DNA of 64,000 bases from Blasia pusilla. Lineage: Eukaryota. A model generated the notes under the pieces. That model was not told the DNA's origin. It ran no database searches and worked only from the letters and a program-made list of their open reading frames with translations. This document shows, piece after piece, positions 26,623-39,600 of the stretch (positions within the stretch are counted from its first letter, which is position 1; each line of letters starts with the position of its first letter). A program made the position numbers and the translations under genes. The stretch lies in assembly GCA_050084515.1 (NCBI GenBank), contig CM114271.1, positions 42,532,001 through 42,596,000 of the forward strand, in the 5' to 3' direction.

Positions 26623-28917
26623 ATGGCTGCTGCCGTGAGTTTCCTCCCATCGACGGTGATTCAGCATGGTGGTAGGATCAGTGGACTCTGCGGCGATGGC
26701 GCTTGCAGCGCGGAGTCGCGGAAGTTGGGCTGGGTGAAGGCGCAGAATGTGGCCCCGTTGCCACTCTTTTGGACTTCGAAATCCGCCGGTCGCGAAAACC
26801 CGCAGGGCCGCAGGCGTGGGGGAATTTTGGCTTCAGCCACTCCTCTCGCGGCTGAGACGGAAACGGCAGGGGAGATCGAAGATGTCGGCACTGACGATGT
26901 AAAGCGAGAATCCGAGAAGCCGGCTGAAAGTGCGCAGGCGGCTGCGTCGGGAAGTGGCCTTAATCCGGATCCTCTTCGTCACATTCTTTTTCAGGTAACA
27001 TGACGGTCTAGCGCAATTTCCTTCTGTTGTGGCGATTGTGGAGGCCAAGATTGGGACATCGGTTTGGTCTCGGATGACGAAAGTGTGTGTATGCGTGAAC
27101 GATTTCTCGTCTCACTAGACCCACGACATGACCGTTTCTCGTTTCGTTCCGGTGGACAGAAAGTGTCTACTCAGTCGAGTCACTTATGTAATGAAAGGCC
27201 GAATACATTCAGTTACGGACGGACCAATACGGAAGCAATGAAAGCAATTGGCGAAAATTTCGTACGCCGAATGCCTGACGATGATACACCCTAAAAGATG
27301 ATACATCGTTCGGCAACGCTACAGCACTGCTAGGCAGCTCGCCGCTCCAGCTCTTCCCAGCGATGAAGTGAAACTTCCTGTCAGGCGATGTAGCCGTCAG
27401 CAGATAGGCGGAGGACTTCTGAACTGACATTGTTTCCTCCTGCGTACAGGCTTTCAACTGGGAATCGTGGAAAAGTGACTGCTGGTACGATGTTGTGAAG
27501 GGAACGGTCGATGAATTGGCCGATGCCGGAGTGACGGACGTGTGGTTGCCGCCTGCTAGCCAGTCCGTTGCTCCACAGGGGTACATGCCCAGCAAGCTAT
27601 ACGATCTGAATTCTTCGCAGTACGGTAATGAGCATCAGCTGAAAGAGCTGATCAATGCCTTCCACGCGAAGGGTGTGCGGTGCATTGCCGACATCGTTGT
27701 CAACCATCGGTGCGCGGACGAGCAGGACGAGAGAGGGGTGTGGTGCCTTTTCGAAGGTGGTACTCCTGATGAGAGACTGGACTGGGGACCTTGGGCAATT
27801 GCCAGAGACGATCCCTACTCGGACGGAACCGGCCAGCCTGATACCGGCGATGATTTTGGTGCCGCCCCTGATATTGATCACACCAACGATCGTGTCCAGA
27901 GGGAGCTGATTCAGTGGATGAAGTGGTTGAGGAAAGAGATAGGCTTCGATGGATGGAGATTTGATTTCGCGAAAGGATTTGGAGGAGAATTTGTTGGGGA
28001 ATATATCAAGGGCACTAAACCTGCTTTTTCAGTGGGAGAGTTGTGGACGTCTATGCGATATGGTGATGGCTTAGAATACAATCAAGACGGCCATCGCCAA
28101 GAACTGGTGAACTGGGTTGATGCTACCGGTGGAACTTCGACCGCCTTCGATTTTACGACCAAGGGTATCTTGCAGGAGGCCGTCAATGGTCAGTTGTGGA
28201 GGCTGAGGGATCCCAACAGCAAGCCGCCCGGTATGATCGGTTACTGGCCAGAGAAAGCAGTCACGTTCATTGACAACCATGACACGGGGTCGACACAAGG
28301 CCACTGGGCTTTTCCAAGCGACAAAGTCATGCAAGGATACGCTTACATTCTAACGCATCCAGGAACTCCAAAGCTCGTAAGTGACGAATATCTCTCTTCT
28401 GGGATATACGAGGATGTTGAATCTGTGATATGTAGCAACGAAAAAGCTACACCGAACGCGAGGCTGTATGTTGGATGAATCTTGTGTCCAAAATTAGCGT
28501 TTGTCACGAGCCGCTAGATTCTGCTAGAGCTGGACAAGCGTTGCATTTCAATGGCATTGAATATTTCCATAGAAGGTTTCGGTGCACTAACCTTGCGATG
28601 TTGTACTCCCCTTGCAGTTTTACGATCACTACTTTGAGTGGGGCCTCAAGGACGAGCTGAAGGCTCTCATTACTTTGCGCCGAAAAAACGATATAAGGGC
28701 CAACAGCAAGGTCCACATCATGATTGCTGAAGGCGATTTGTACATGGCTGAAATAGATGATCATGTGATAGTTAAACTCGGACCAAGACTTGACATCGGA
28801 GGTCTTGCACCCTCAGATGAGTACACCATAGCTGCTTTCGGCAAAGACTATTGCGTGTGGGAGAAAGCTCCTATTGCAGAGAAATCACCCCAGCTATCCG
28901 AAGAATCAACTTCCTGA
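26623..28917 (+). CDS. AMY: Alpha-amylase (GH13, plant type), 532 aa; exons 26623-26994, 27450-28376, 28618-28917
   Basis: [26 protein letters not shown], catalytic WRFDFAKG / VGELW / [21 protein letters not shown]; two phase-0 GT-AG introns. Confidence 0.96.
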
Positions 28918-30104
28918 GATGTAAAGGAGATGTCCTAAATGCCTTTCTCATCCAACTCCAATATCCTGTAGCCGCACTCGGGAAAAAAGTTCTTGGGTGG
29001 GAGAGGAAGACGTCAGTTGTATAAAATATCCACAGTCTCCTAAGAAGAACCAGAAACAACACCCGGAGCAATCTTCTCATCCCACCCTGAGGAGAAAAAT
29101 AGCAGGCCATCTCAGTTTGGGTTGACTGATTCACACAATGAGTCTAGTTTTGTAAAAACTCTATAAAGACCGCTTATACCAAAACATAGGTATTCCGATA
29201 GTAATCTCATAACCACTGCAGAGCGCTAAGAAATAGCCTTCAGCGTTTGCGCCTCTGTTAATGAGACCAAATCATTCCGTTTCATGCAAAGAAGAGAAGT
29301 TTTGCAAACACACAATTCCATTCAGAGAGGAGAGGCTCTGGAACACACGGAGGAGCATGATGCCTCTATGAGTGGTGACATAGGTACACGGGTGAATTTA
29401 CGGAGCTTGGCCCGACGAGGTTGGCAGCGAACCCGTAAGATGTAGTGAGTTACAATTGTTAATACTCAAACCACGACTTTCATCAAGTGCGTAGCAGCAT
29501 CAAACATCTTAAATCATCTGTGCACAATTTTGAAAAAATCGTTCCGCGTCGTTTCGAGTGATGGTAAAAATACCGAAAACAAGACATCATGGTATGTTTT
29601 GTAACCATCTGTCCAACAACTAATTATACTGTAAATCGAACATATTTCATTCAACTGACAGCGTAGCAGCATTTGCCTCCATATCATTTCAAAATTCCCA
29701 AGCCTGCAAAAAAAATGTAGAGTCAGCAGCACAAACATAGACTGCTAGCTCTTCCATTTCAAAGTAATATATTCCCACCACAATAAACTCCTACACTTGC
29801 GCACATTTGACGGACGAAGATTACTTCCCAATTGCACTTCACCTTCTCCTTCGGATTATTCGTGTGTAAGTTGTTGGATCAGTTACATTGACACAATCTC
29901 CAAAAGTGGTGCAAAACTGTCGCAAATTTCGGAAGAATTGAAACCACTCACATACCACTTCGCTTAACTCAACGGGCCGGAATTATGGGAATACAAAAAA
30001 ATCATGATGAAAAAAAACTCTGCGTCGATCTAAATCTACTATCATGTGTTCGAATTAGTAAGGTATGTATTTTTGTTATTATATTCTTCTCATCTGTAGC
30101 GTCC

Positions 30105-30178
30105 GCTTGGTTGGTGTAGTTGGTCGTTACGCTAGTTCCACACACCAGAAGTACTCGATTCGAGTCCGGAATAAGACA
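30105..30178 (+). pseudogene. Degenerate tRNA-Val(CAC) pseudogene
   Basis: GGTGTAGTTGGT A-box, CTAGTTC-CAC-ACACCAG anticodon arm, GATTCGAGTC B-box, ends AGACA; resembles plant tRNA-Val but the stems are mismatched. Confidence 0.7.
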
Positions 30179-32750
30179 GAATAAACTCTGATATGCTTGT
30201 GTGTTTTAAGGTATTTGAACAATAGGTTGGAAATATTTGTCTATCAAATCAATCTTTATTGGTGAGGAATAGGGAACTTTCATTTTCAGAGCTTGGATCC
30301 ACATGTTGTCTATCAAGTCATTTTCTTTTCGGTTAAGGAGCATCCACACAATGACATACTAGTAAGGTACCACTAACTCATGTTTAGTTGTATATGGGGC
30401 ACATTTGACTAGTGTTAAACTAAGGTGCTTCCATTTGGAGTTGAGCTTCCCATGGTAGTATAGATATATGTTGGAAATGGGAGGGGAGGGAAGACTTGGC
30501 AAACCAATAGGTGTCCCCTTGGGAAGGTAATCCTCCTTTAATAGTTGGAAATAGTTGTCAATTGAATTAGTTGTCTTATGATTGATTGTGGAAAAATGAT
30601 GGCAACCAGAGTTATAGTTTCCGTTTCTTTAACTATCTATAAAAGCACTTACCTTGTCAACCTTTGTAATTTATAGTGAGCATCTACCTATTTCTCTAAG
30701 ATAATAGTGAAGAATCTTGCTTACTTTCCTAAATTCTAGTGAAATACATCATTTCGTCTTTTCATGAGAATTTTCATTAGATTAGCAAGTAGTGGCCTTG
30801 GAGACATTCGCTCAAAAGGCTGGAATATTTTGATGGGTTCTCTTATCAAAGAGAATCCCAAGAGGTTTTTATGTTTCGTTAAATCCATCCCTTTTTCATG
30901 TCTAGGAGGATGGAACTTTGATGAAAACACATAAGGAATTTGGAATCAAAGCTACTTTGCTAATAGAGGAATCAACGAATGTTTACCCCTACTAGTAAGA
31001 ATGCTTGTGACGTGCATTGACTTTTCATTAATACATGTTAGGTTTCCTAAGTGATAATTTTTTTCCCATTTTTTATTATATTACTAATCTTATTAAATAA
31101 ATAATCTCAATTCCATAAAAGGCATGATACACATTATTATTCCACCATGATACATCACCTCCTTTAAAATTTTATTTCCATGATAATCTTGCTTCCTTCT
31201 TAAAATTTTAAAATAAATGAGATTACCAAGTATTCCATTTATGCGTAACCATAAGTATCTTAATGACTCATTTCATTTGATTTCTTTTCCATTAAAAAAA
31301 ATCTTACGTTCCCCTTAAAAAGCCGAACTATTCATTTGAATATGTGTCTTGCGCACACACATTAACATATATCTAGATTTTTTTTATATCCACACAACAG
31401 ACGCAATCGATCTTCTCTAAATATAGGTGTTTGAAAAATGCAATGCATGTCACTTACACATGCATATCAGCACCACACAGCAAAATCAAAGTAAATATAG
31501 TTTACATGCCCAACTCTCTTAAGGAGTTTACAAATTATTGTTAAGGAATATCTACCTTCCACCATGACGGAATTTCAGACTTTAATACCAAAGATCCTAC
31601 TAATTCCTAGAATGAAGAATGTTTCTTAGGCTCAAGATGGTTTTTGAAATTCATACCTCTTATATCCTTCGGAAGAACCGAAAGTGTCCTCCCCCCAAAT
31701 ATAGCTGAAATTAATGCCTAGGCATACAAGTTATGAGTGATTCTGGATTGGGTCAAAAGATCACGTGCTAAGAAACAGGGAGAAAAGGGAATTTGTTGGA
31801 AACTGGGATCCTTGCGTAATAGAGTGCTTACTTTTCTGGTCTTGTTGTGGCCTTCAGGTTTTGACTCTTTGAGTCCCCCTCTTTTGTACTTCCGATGGGT
31901 TTTCCATCACTCGTTTTTATCGAAGTGCATCTTTTCTCTTCGTAATAGAGTGCTCTTACCAAACTCCTCCAACCAATCGAGACAAAGTTATGCTGGAACA
32001 ACCTGCTCGCTCCTTCCGTCACCAACAAGATATAACTCTATGTGTCACAAGAACTAACTAAGATGTGACACATGAAAACCCTATATGGCGAAAAAGAGTA
32101 CCAACAAGCTCATGTGATTTCATTTCTTCATAATATCTAGACATGTAGCAAGGAAATGGAGAAAAATCTGCAGTAGAAAACTGGGAAAAAGAACCAAAAT
32201 ACGATGGAGAAACAACGATGATAACTTTCCAACCATGGAGGGGAAAAACATAAAAAAGTGAAGACGCTAATGCTGATTGGGCGAGAAACTGTAGTGAAAA
32301 AAAGATAAAACTGATTGCAGCAAGTTATGGATGGCGCGCGAGAATCGATGCACCTTCATACCCGTCCGAAAAATAGGCGTATCATCCGTCCTCGCCCTGC
32401 CAAGCGCAAGTCTGCAAACTGACCGCGCTTCTGTCAGTGATAGGAGCACGGTCCAATGTCCGGGGAGAACCGGGGTTACGTGTTGAGCTGGCCGGAAGAA
32501 TTTGAGAATTACCGATTCAATTTGCCACTTACTGGCCAAAAACCGAGGGTTGAGGGAGGGTGTCCTTTGTATTCGTATCTGTTTAACCGGCTGGAATGAC
32601 GAAATCTTCAAAAACTGCCGCTCGGTTTTGTAGCGACCGGAAATGTACCGGTTGTCACGAAAAAACTCCCCGGACCTTGGCGCGGTCAATTGGACAGATC
32701 CACGAGTGCTTCGGCTACCAATGGCATAGGGTACCTACCATGGCAGCGGG

Positions 32751-32849
32751 CACTTCTATGCTGAAGATATGGTGACACTTCTACGCCGAAGACATGGCGA
32801 CATTTCTACGAAGAAGATATGGCGACACTTCTACGCCAAAGATATGGCA
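32751..32849. repeat. 25-bp minisatellite, 4 copies
   Basis: CACTTCTACGCCGAAGATATGGCGA units at 32751, 32776, 32801, 32826. Confidence 0.9.
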
Positions 32850-32889
32850 GCGTTCCTCCTCAATTCATTCATGAAGATAGGGTATGGAT

Positions 32890-33341
32890 CCAGCGAGCCT
32901 CATGCGCGCAAGCAAGAAAACACAAAAAATTATTGCCCTTGGCACTTGCGCGGAGCAGTGGTATGTCGCGCTGGCAGCAGCCCGAGCGCTCTGTTCATAG
33001 TCAGGGCAGACCGGCTAGCCATTGAGATGTACGGGGTTATGGGGGAGAGGTTTGACTCGTTCCTTACGGATTGCGCCCATCATCTCCAATCGAGAAATGG
33101 GTTGTCCTTAGCCACTGCGATATTTTATTGTAGGCAATGGGTCTCCATAGCTTTGCAGCTTGCCCAGGAAAATGGGCTTTTGCAATGGGCTCAGGCGGTT
33201 GGAGACGCCAATGCTATAAGCCCTCTTAGTAGTAGTCATAGTTCTCTATGTATTGCTGATATTGTCTCTGCTGTTGGTGATTTTGGTCGTTTGGGGGGAA
33301 GGCCCCCTTCTTTCTCCTCGGGGCCGGTTTTGGCCCCTTGA
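32890..33341 (+). mobile_element. C-terminal remnant of an RLE-type (CRE-like) non-LTR retrotransposon
   Basis: ARKQENTKNY...LAIEMYGVMG...FL...RQWVSIALQLAQ resembles the conserved tail after the restriction-like endonuclease. Confidence 0.55.
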
Positions 33342-34690
33342 GGTTTTTCTTTGGCTCTCTATGCCCCCTCATTTGTGTCCTGATGGGTTTCCCATCCAGC
33401 AAACCGGCACCGCAGCACACTTGCCAACTCCTATTCCCTACTCTTTCTTCATCGTATTTATCTAGTTTTCTTTCGTTTTTTACTTAAATATCCACATCTA
33501 TAGTATAAGAGGAGGAGAGGAAAGTATTTTTTTCTGAAAGAAGTGGAGTTTTATTTTCTAAAGGAGGATATGCTTCAAGATAATAAATTTAATATTTCAT
33601 AAAATTGGAAGAAATTATGCACATTCTGCATGGCCGTTTATTTTTAAAAGATTGGATCTTCTCTAGCATCCATAAAAAGTTCTATCAACATTAGAATTTC
33701 GACTCCGTGCATGGTTAGAGAATACATGGAGTAGAGTTTCAAGATGTCGGAGCCGCTAAAAGATGCGGCGGAGCTGCGGTAACAATATTTACATGGATTT
33801 AGGTTCTTATTTAATGGTGTTGTAGAGTGGAAAATATGGAAGGTAGATACATTGATACTTATGCCAATGCATCGCACGGACACTTTGACTAGGTATTAAT
33901 GAAGGAGGAAAGTGTTTTCAATTTTTTATTAGCAAGAAAATGTTTTCATTAGAACCTCGACCTTGAATGCAACCAAGAGCAACAAAATGTTTCCAAAGCT
34001 CGACCTTGAAGAGAATGGAGATGGGAAATAATACTCTAGGATCACGAGTTGAACATCTCACGCATAAAGGTTTGAGTTATGTTAGCAAACCTCAAATCAT
34101 GGATTTTTTTTCATCTCAATGTCCTATGCAAAATCTTTTACCTTTTCTCTTCTAATGACTAGTAGTAGCAAGTAGTTGTGGCTTGCCATTTCCACCCACA
34201 ACATTAAACTTGGTTGCTATGTACAGGGATAATCGCTAGAATGCTCTATGGTTGAGTTTTGAGCGGCCCTATTTAAAAATCATCTAAACAACATATTTTT
34301 AGGTAGCATGACAATATATTAGCTCACCATGCACTAGTTCACAAGAATAATTTCCTTCTTGTCTTTCTTTGCCTTGTCCTTAAGGCCTCAATAAGACAAG
34401 AAGAGGTCCTTAAGAGGCTCCACCTAAAGGTTGAACACTTCTTTAACTAAAAGATTTATGACGATCAATTTTCTGATAGATCAGTTTTCATCAAGGATAA
34501 TCCTTTTGTCTATCTTTATTTCCATTTATCAAATCAAATGTGAAAGTCAGGAAAATCTTCTTCTTTTCATTTTCAAAAAAGAAATCTCTTTTATTCCCAC
34601 CTCTTCATTCAAAAAATTGAAGACCAAATTTCCCCCCGTCACTTTAATTCCTCTACATCTATATTGAAAAAAAATGTTTAGTGTCTAGCT

Positions 34691-35143
34691 TGTTATATCT
34701 GGGTAGCCGATAGGCCGAGATCTATCGTGGATAGGGCGTAGGAGCCAGCGGACTATCTTGAGTGTAACTTTGTCCCACAGTGTCGGATGAGGTTGAGGAT
34801 AGGTCCATTGTGTCAGGAACGTCGTTTCTGACGACTTTCATGTTGAGGTCTTTTACAACCGGGTGACTTGTTGACCAGGTCACCCGCCCCTGGTAACCTG
34901 TGCGTGCAGGTTACCAAGGGAAGGGCTATTTTTAGGCTATATAAGAGAGGAAGATGGCTTTCCTAAGCCATCTTTCTCATGTTGGGCCGTTGGAGCACCT
35001 CCCTTGTATGTGTGTGAGCTAGGACTAGGGTGCTAGCGTCCGGATTCCTTGATAGCACAGGGTGGACGAGGCTCGATATGCCGATGTAGATTGAGGAGTG
35101 GAGTTTTAGGCCGGGTGTGCCGTTTTTACTACTCTTTATTTTT
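34691..35143 (+). repeat. Repeat A1 (453 bp; contains TATATAA at 34938)
   Basis: Near-identical to 43856-44334 apart from a 26-bp hairpin indel and a few mostly C/T changes. Confidence 0.95.
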
Positions 35144-35157
35144 ACATGAGAAAGATG
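35144..35157 (+). promoter_or_regulatory. Putative self-priming PBS of copy 2
   Basis: ACATGAGAAAGATG is the exact reverse complement of CATCTTTCTCATGT (34969-34982), 31 nt after the TATA start. Confidence 0.75.
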
Positions 35158-36648
35158 TCAGGGGGCTGGTGGGAATTCGTTATTTGCAGGTAGGCAAGCG
35201 AGTTGCCTTGGTCGGGAGCCCCTGGAGACGCGTGTGTGACGTTTTGTGTCATTTTTCTGTTCGGAAGGCCGTGGGCGGAAGCGCTATCCGGTTTTCTTAG
35301 ATTTTGCTGGTACGGATTGATGGGGGACAACAGCCGAGTGTAGCGTGTGGTGGGGTGTCGGTGTACGCAAGTGAGGGTGTCGAGAAAGAGAAGAAAGGAA
35401 ATTTTGGGTCTTGCAGCCGCCGGGGGGCTGTTAAGTAAAGACGGCTAGCTAGGTCGCGGCCGGTCTAGGGTTAGGTCACGGGTGAGGGACGGCAGACGGG
35501 CGCCCCGAGGTGGGAGGAGCGCATAGGTGCGCGCGCCCCCCCTTCCCCCCCCCCCTTTTTCCCCCTCTCACCTCTCTCCTCCCGCAGGCAGGCCACGGGC
35601 CGGACGCCCCCCCATTTATTGCCCTCCCCAAAAGTTGGGGAGGCCCATAGGGGTGCGGGCCAGGCCCTCCCCCCCACATTTAGGGCCCAGGGGCCCGCAT
35701 TGGGCCGCGGACCCAAGTTCTCCCCCCCACTCCAACGTGGTAGCATCGACCATAGTCGGTCGGACAATTGTAGCATACGTGGTTGGCAGGACAGACGAGG
35801 TTAGTCGGGCGAACGTGAGTTGAGATTTGCCGGACATGAGTGGGAGCCGACCAGGGTGAGTCACGTTACATGCCGCGCGTGGAGATAGACAAAGGGGTTT
35901 GCGCGACATGATGTTTTGGGGCGCGATAGGGTTGCGAGAGTTTACGATGGAGGGGCAGTGTGCATGATGCCGACGGGTTTTCCGCATCTGTTGACGGGAG
36001 GATCGACGTGTTGGTCGAGGGGAGTGTTATGTGGCGGAGATTGTCATATGATGTGGAGGAGTGCATATTGACGGTGCAGCAGGTTGGAGGGCGTGATGAG
36101 GTTACCCATTCGAGTCCCTTTTCCCGCACTTGTCGTGTGTGATTGAGAGTGTTGGGTATCGGGTAGTAGCTGGTGCTAGATGGGTGCAGTGATGGTGACG
36201 AGTGTAGATTCTTTTCATGTGTAGCATGTTGGTGGATATACGGCCGTTGCCGAGTAGGGGTCGCGTGTATGACCCGAGAGAGTGTCGCTAGGTTAGGTGA
36301 GTCAGTTGGGAGGCTCATGGTAAGCCCGAGTGTTGAGCGTGCGTGAGGCCGGGTATGTCATCACGAGATTGACATTAGCATAGGTCAGCTAGTGAGGCGT
36401 GTGGGAGACTCTCGGTGAGTCTGAGTGCTTGAGCGGGTGAGACAGGGTTTGTCATCACGGCGTTCTTCCAAGGTTCGAAAGAACGGGGTAGTGCGAGCAG
36501 TGGTAGTGGTGTGACACGGAGTGGAGTGAGATACTGAGGGGTTACCAGTGAGGAGCTCCCTTGACATCCATCCGTGACTGGATCATCATCACTGGACACT
36601 GGGTCTGGTGACGAGATCACCGACAGAGACAGTAGTACTTAGTAGGAG

Positions 36649-39600
36649 ATGGACGACATGGGCCATCGGGGCATGCGTCGTTTCTCGGGTGCAGTGGGCA
36701 CCATCGACTTAGATGATTTCATCCAGGAGTTCGACACATGGTGCGACTTCCAAGAGATACGGACCCCGACACGGTTCAACCCTTTCATGGCATGGAAGGG
36801 GTTGTTCCAGCACTTGGATGGTCCTCCGATGGATGACTACATGGAGTTTCAATCACTATATTCAGTAGAGATCGATGCCTGGAGGATGTATTGGGCTCCA
36901 CTAGTGGTCGCGAGGCATATGATGGGATTGTGAGAGGAGAGAGACCCACACCATCAGCCCGGAGACTAGACGGAGAGGAGGGCAGTGAGACAGGCGATGT
37001 GGCATAGACCTCTGGTGGTAGAGGGCCACCACTTCAGCCCCACAAAGTGGAGTTCTTCCCGGTTGGGGAAGAGCTACCAGGCGTCATTTGACAAGCTGAA
37101 GAGTCTACAGGATTTTCAGCGACGATCGGGTGAGAGTCTGAGAGAGGCATTCACACGTATGAGGAGGCTGATCATTGCTACGTTTGGAGTGACTGAGGCA
37201 CAGTCAGTCCAGTATTGGTACGGGGTTCTGGACCGAGAACTACGGAGGTGAGTCCAAGATGCGGTCTTTGATTTCAAGCCCACATTGAAGGTGATCTTTG
37301 AGTTGTCTGAGCGTATTGAGCTCAACATGAGTGAGGAGCAGGTAGTGACCGCTGGATTTTCTCAAGAGTCGACGGGTCCACAAGCGGCGGTGACCCCACA
37401 AGTGCCACAGCGAGCACCAGTACCACGGGAGCAGGCCAGTGTGCCTAGAGAGCAGGGCGAGTACCGTGAGCCTATGAGGCAACGACCCGCACCTACATAT
37501 GTTGCCCAGCAGGGACATATGTGGTCTTGTTGGACGTGTGGAGGGGCCCATAGGCAGAGAGACTGCCCACAGCATGGGAGAGGACCACCAGCGCCTCCGA
37601 TTGCTCAGGAGCCATAGAGGATGGCCCCACCACAGCACCAGTGTGACCATTGCCATAGATATGGTCACACTAGGGATAGATGTTTTGACCTTCGACGAGG
37701 GGCACGTCCAGAGGTAGGCCGAGGGCCTGGGGACGGTCGTCCTGGAGGAGGTCGGGGAGTTCTTCCTAGACGTGGTAGTAGAGGACCACCACCAGCCAGA
37801 GGAGATGGAGCAGGAACACCAGAGCCGGCGCTTCTCTCACGCATCGATTAGTTGGAGCAGGGGATTGCTGCCATGACGATGATGCAGCTTAGGGAAGGCA
37901 CGGAGCTACGAGCAGCTAGTGTGACTCCGATCTCTACCTCTTACCCTGACCCGGGTGAGGATCTCTCCAGTATGGGATTCATGAGTAGTGCAGCCTGGGT
38001 TGAGGCAGCTGCAGTGGTGACTCGGGGTGCTGCAAGAGGCACCGAGCCATTGAGAGGTGGAGTTGAGATTGACCCACCGGAGGGGACCGATGGGCGGCAG
38101 GCCAGGGTTCCACAATCGTTCACATTGTCGGAGGCACTACACACACCATCGATGGTGCCTCGACGACCAGCGGTGCCTACAGTTCATGCACCTACGTCGA
38201 CCTCACGAGGAGTTAGAGTGACAACTCCTATGCCAGCTCGAGTGGAGTCAGTGTCGACTATAGTGTTGGAGGTGGCCACTAGAGTGAGTCAGACTCCGCT
38301 ATTTTCCGCCTTAGAGTTGGCGACGTTGGGAGTTGGACCAGCTGAGGTGTTCCGGTTGGCCGCCACGTTGTGTGAGCGTGGAGAGATGACTGCTTCTTGT
38401 TCAGAGGTAGTTGAGGAGGTGGTGGACTTGCCCTCAGAGCCGGTGCTTGGGGCGTTCCCCAAAGAGTCATAGCATGCGGCGGCGACGAAGTTGGTAGATA
38501 TGCCAGCTCGACCGGCCATAGAGCGAGCAGTGGTGACACCTGGAGTAGTGTTACTGGATAACCGAGCTGGAGTATTTCGCTTGGTTAGTCCAACGGGGAC
38601 GGTATACCACCCGCAGCGCGTCCTACTTGATTCGGGAGTGCAACCCTTGATGTTAGGGAAGGCGGCGTGTTTAGCGTTGGGGTTACGGAAGGCCGACATT
38701 GAGCCTTGTCCCTTCCAGATACATACCTCAATTGGGGGCGTATCACCCACTCAGTATATGACTCGACAGGAGATTGTTGTCAGAGTCCAGCCAGAGCATG
38801 CGACGGATAGTGCTATGGTGCGCACACGTGCGATTACGACACCAGCTGAGTCGTACGATGTGTTGGTGGGGAGTACAGTGTTATATCCCCTAGGATTCAT
38901 CCTTGACTTCTGGGAGGAGACCGTTGCTCATCGGCCAGGATGGCGGTCAGGTGACGGCCGGATGAGTCAGTTACCCGTGCAGTTTGCGGGACAAGATGGT
39001 CGATCACGAGGCGAGTCTGTGACCACGTTGGCGGCTTTCACAGGTAGTGTTAGCTGGCCAGGAGAGTTGTTGGAGGGAAACGCACATGCGGAGGATGTCC
39101 CAGTAGCGGATAGTCCCACGGAGAGATAGGCCATGGCGGGTGTCTCTTCCCATGTTGGCGAGGCCTCTTCACCATTGCGGGGTACGACTCGGGAGCTCTG
39201 AGAGGAGTGCCAACGACCGTGAGGCAAGCGGCGTGGAGTCATGTTTTTATCCCGAGCAGCGAGAGTCACGTGGCGATCGGGCTCTTGGAGTGGAGACGAT
39301 GACCCCACTAGATACCACACTTTGTGGGCGGTGCCGAGGAGGGTGTTAGGGTGTTAGATCTCTTCGGAGGGATTAGCACCGGATTGGTGCCATATTGCAG
39401 CGGGCATACGGGTGCATCAATACCTTTATGTGGAGAGAGATGTGTGAGCAGTATCATTAAATCACGTGGCAAGATTGGTCCAGAGGTATCATGAGTTGTT
39501 GTCGGATCTGCGATGACGGGGATACCAAAGATACGCTACCCGCCAACATCTCTTTGGTGGGGTGCGGGGATCTAGATAGAGTTGGCACCATTCATTTGGT

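Noticed and set aside
30105-30178. Functional tRNA-Val
   Set aside because: Acceptor, anticodon and T stems carry several mismatches; kept as a pseudogene
32751-32849. Regular short repeats resembling a CRISPR array
   Set aside because: Head-to-tail units with no unique spacers, eukaryotic context, no cas genes
35480-35740. C/G-tract-rich segment in the copy 2 leader (possible G-quadruplex on -)
   Set aside because: No clear equivalent in the copy 1 leader and no evidence of function
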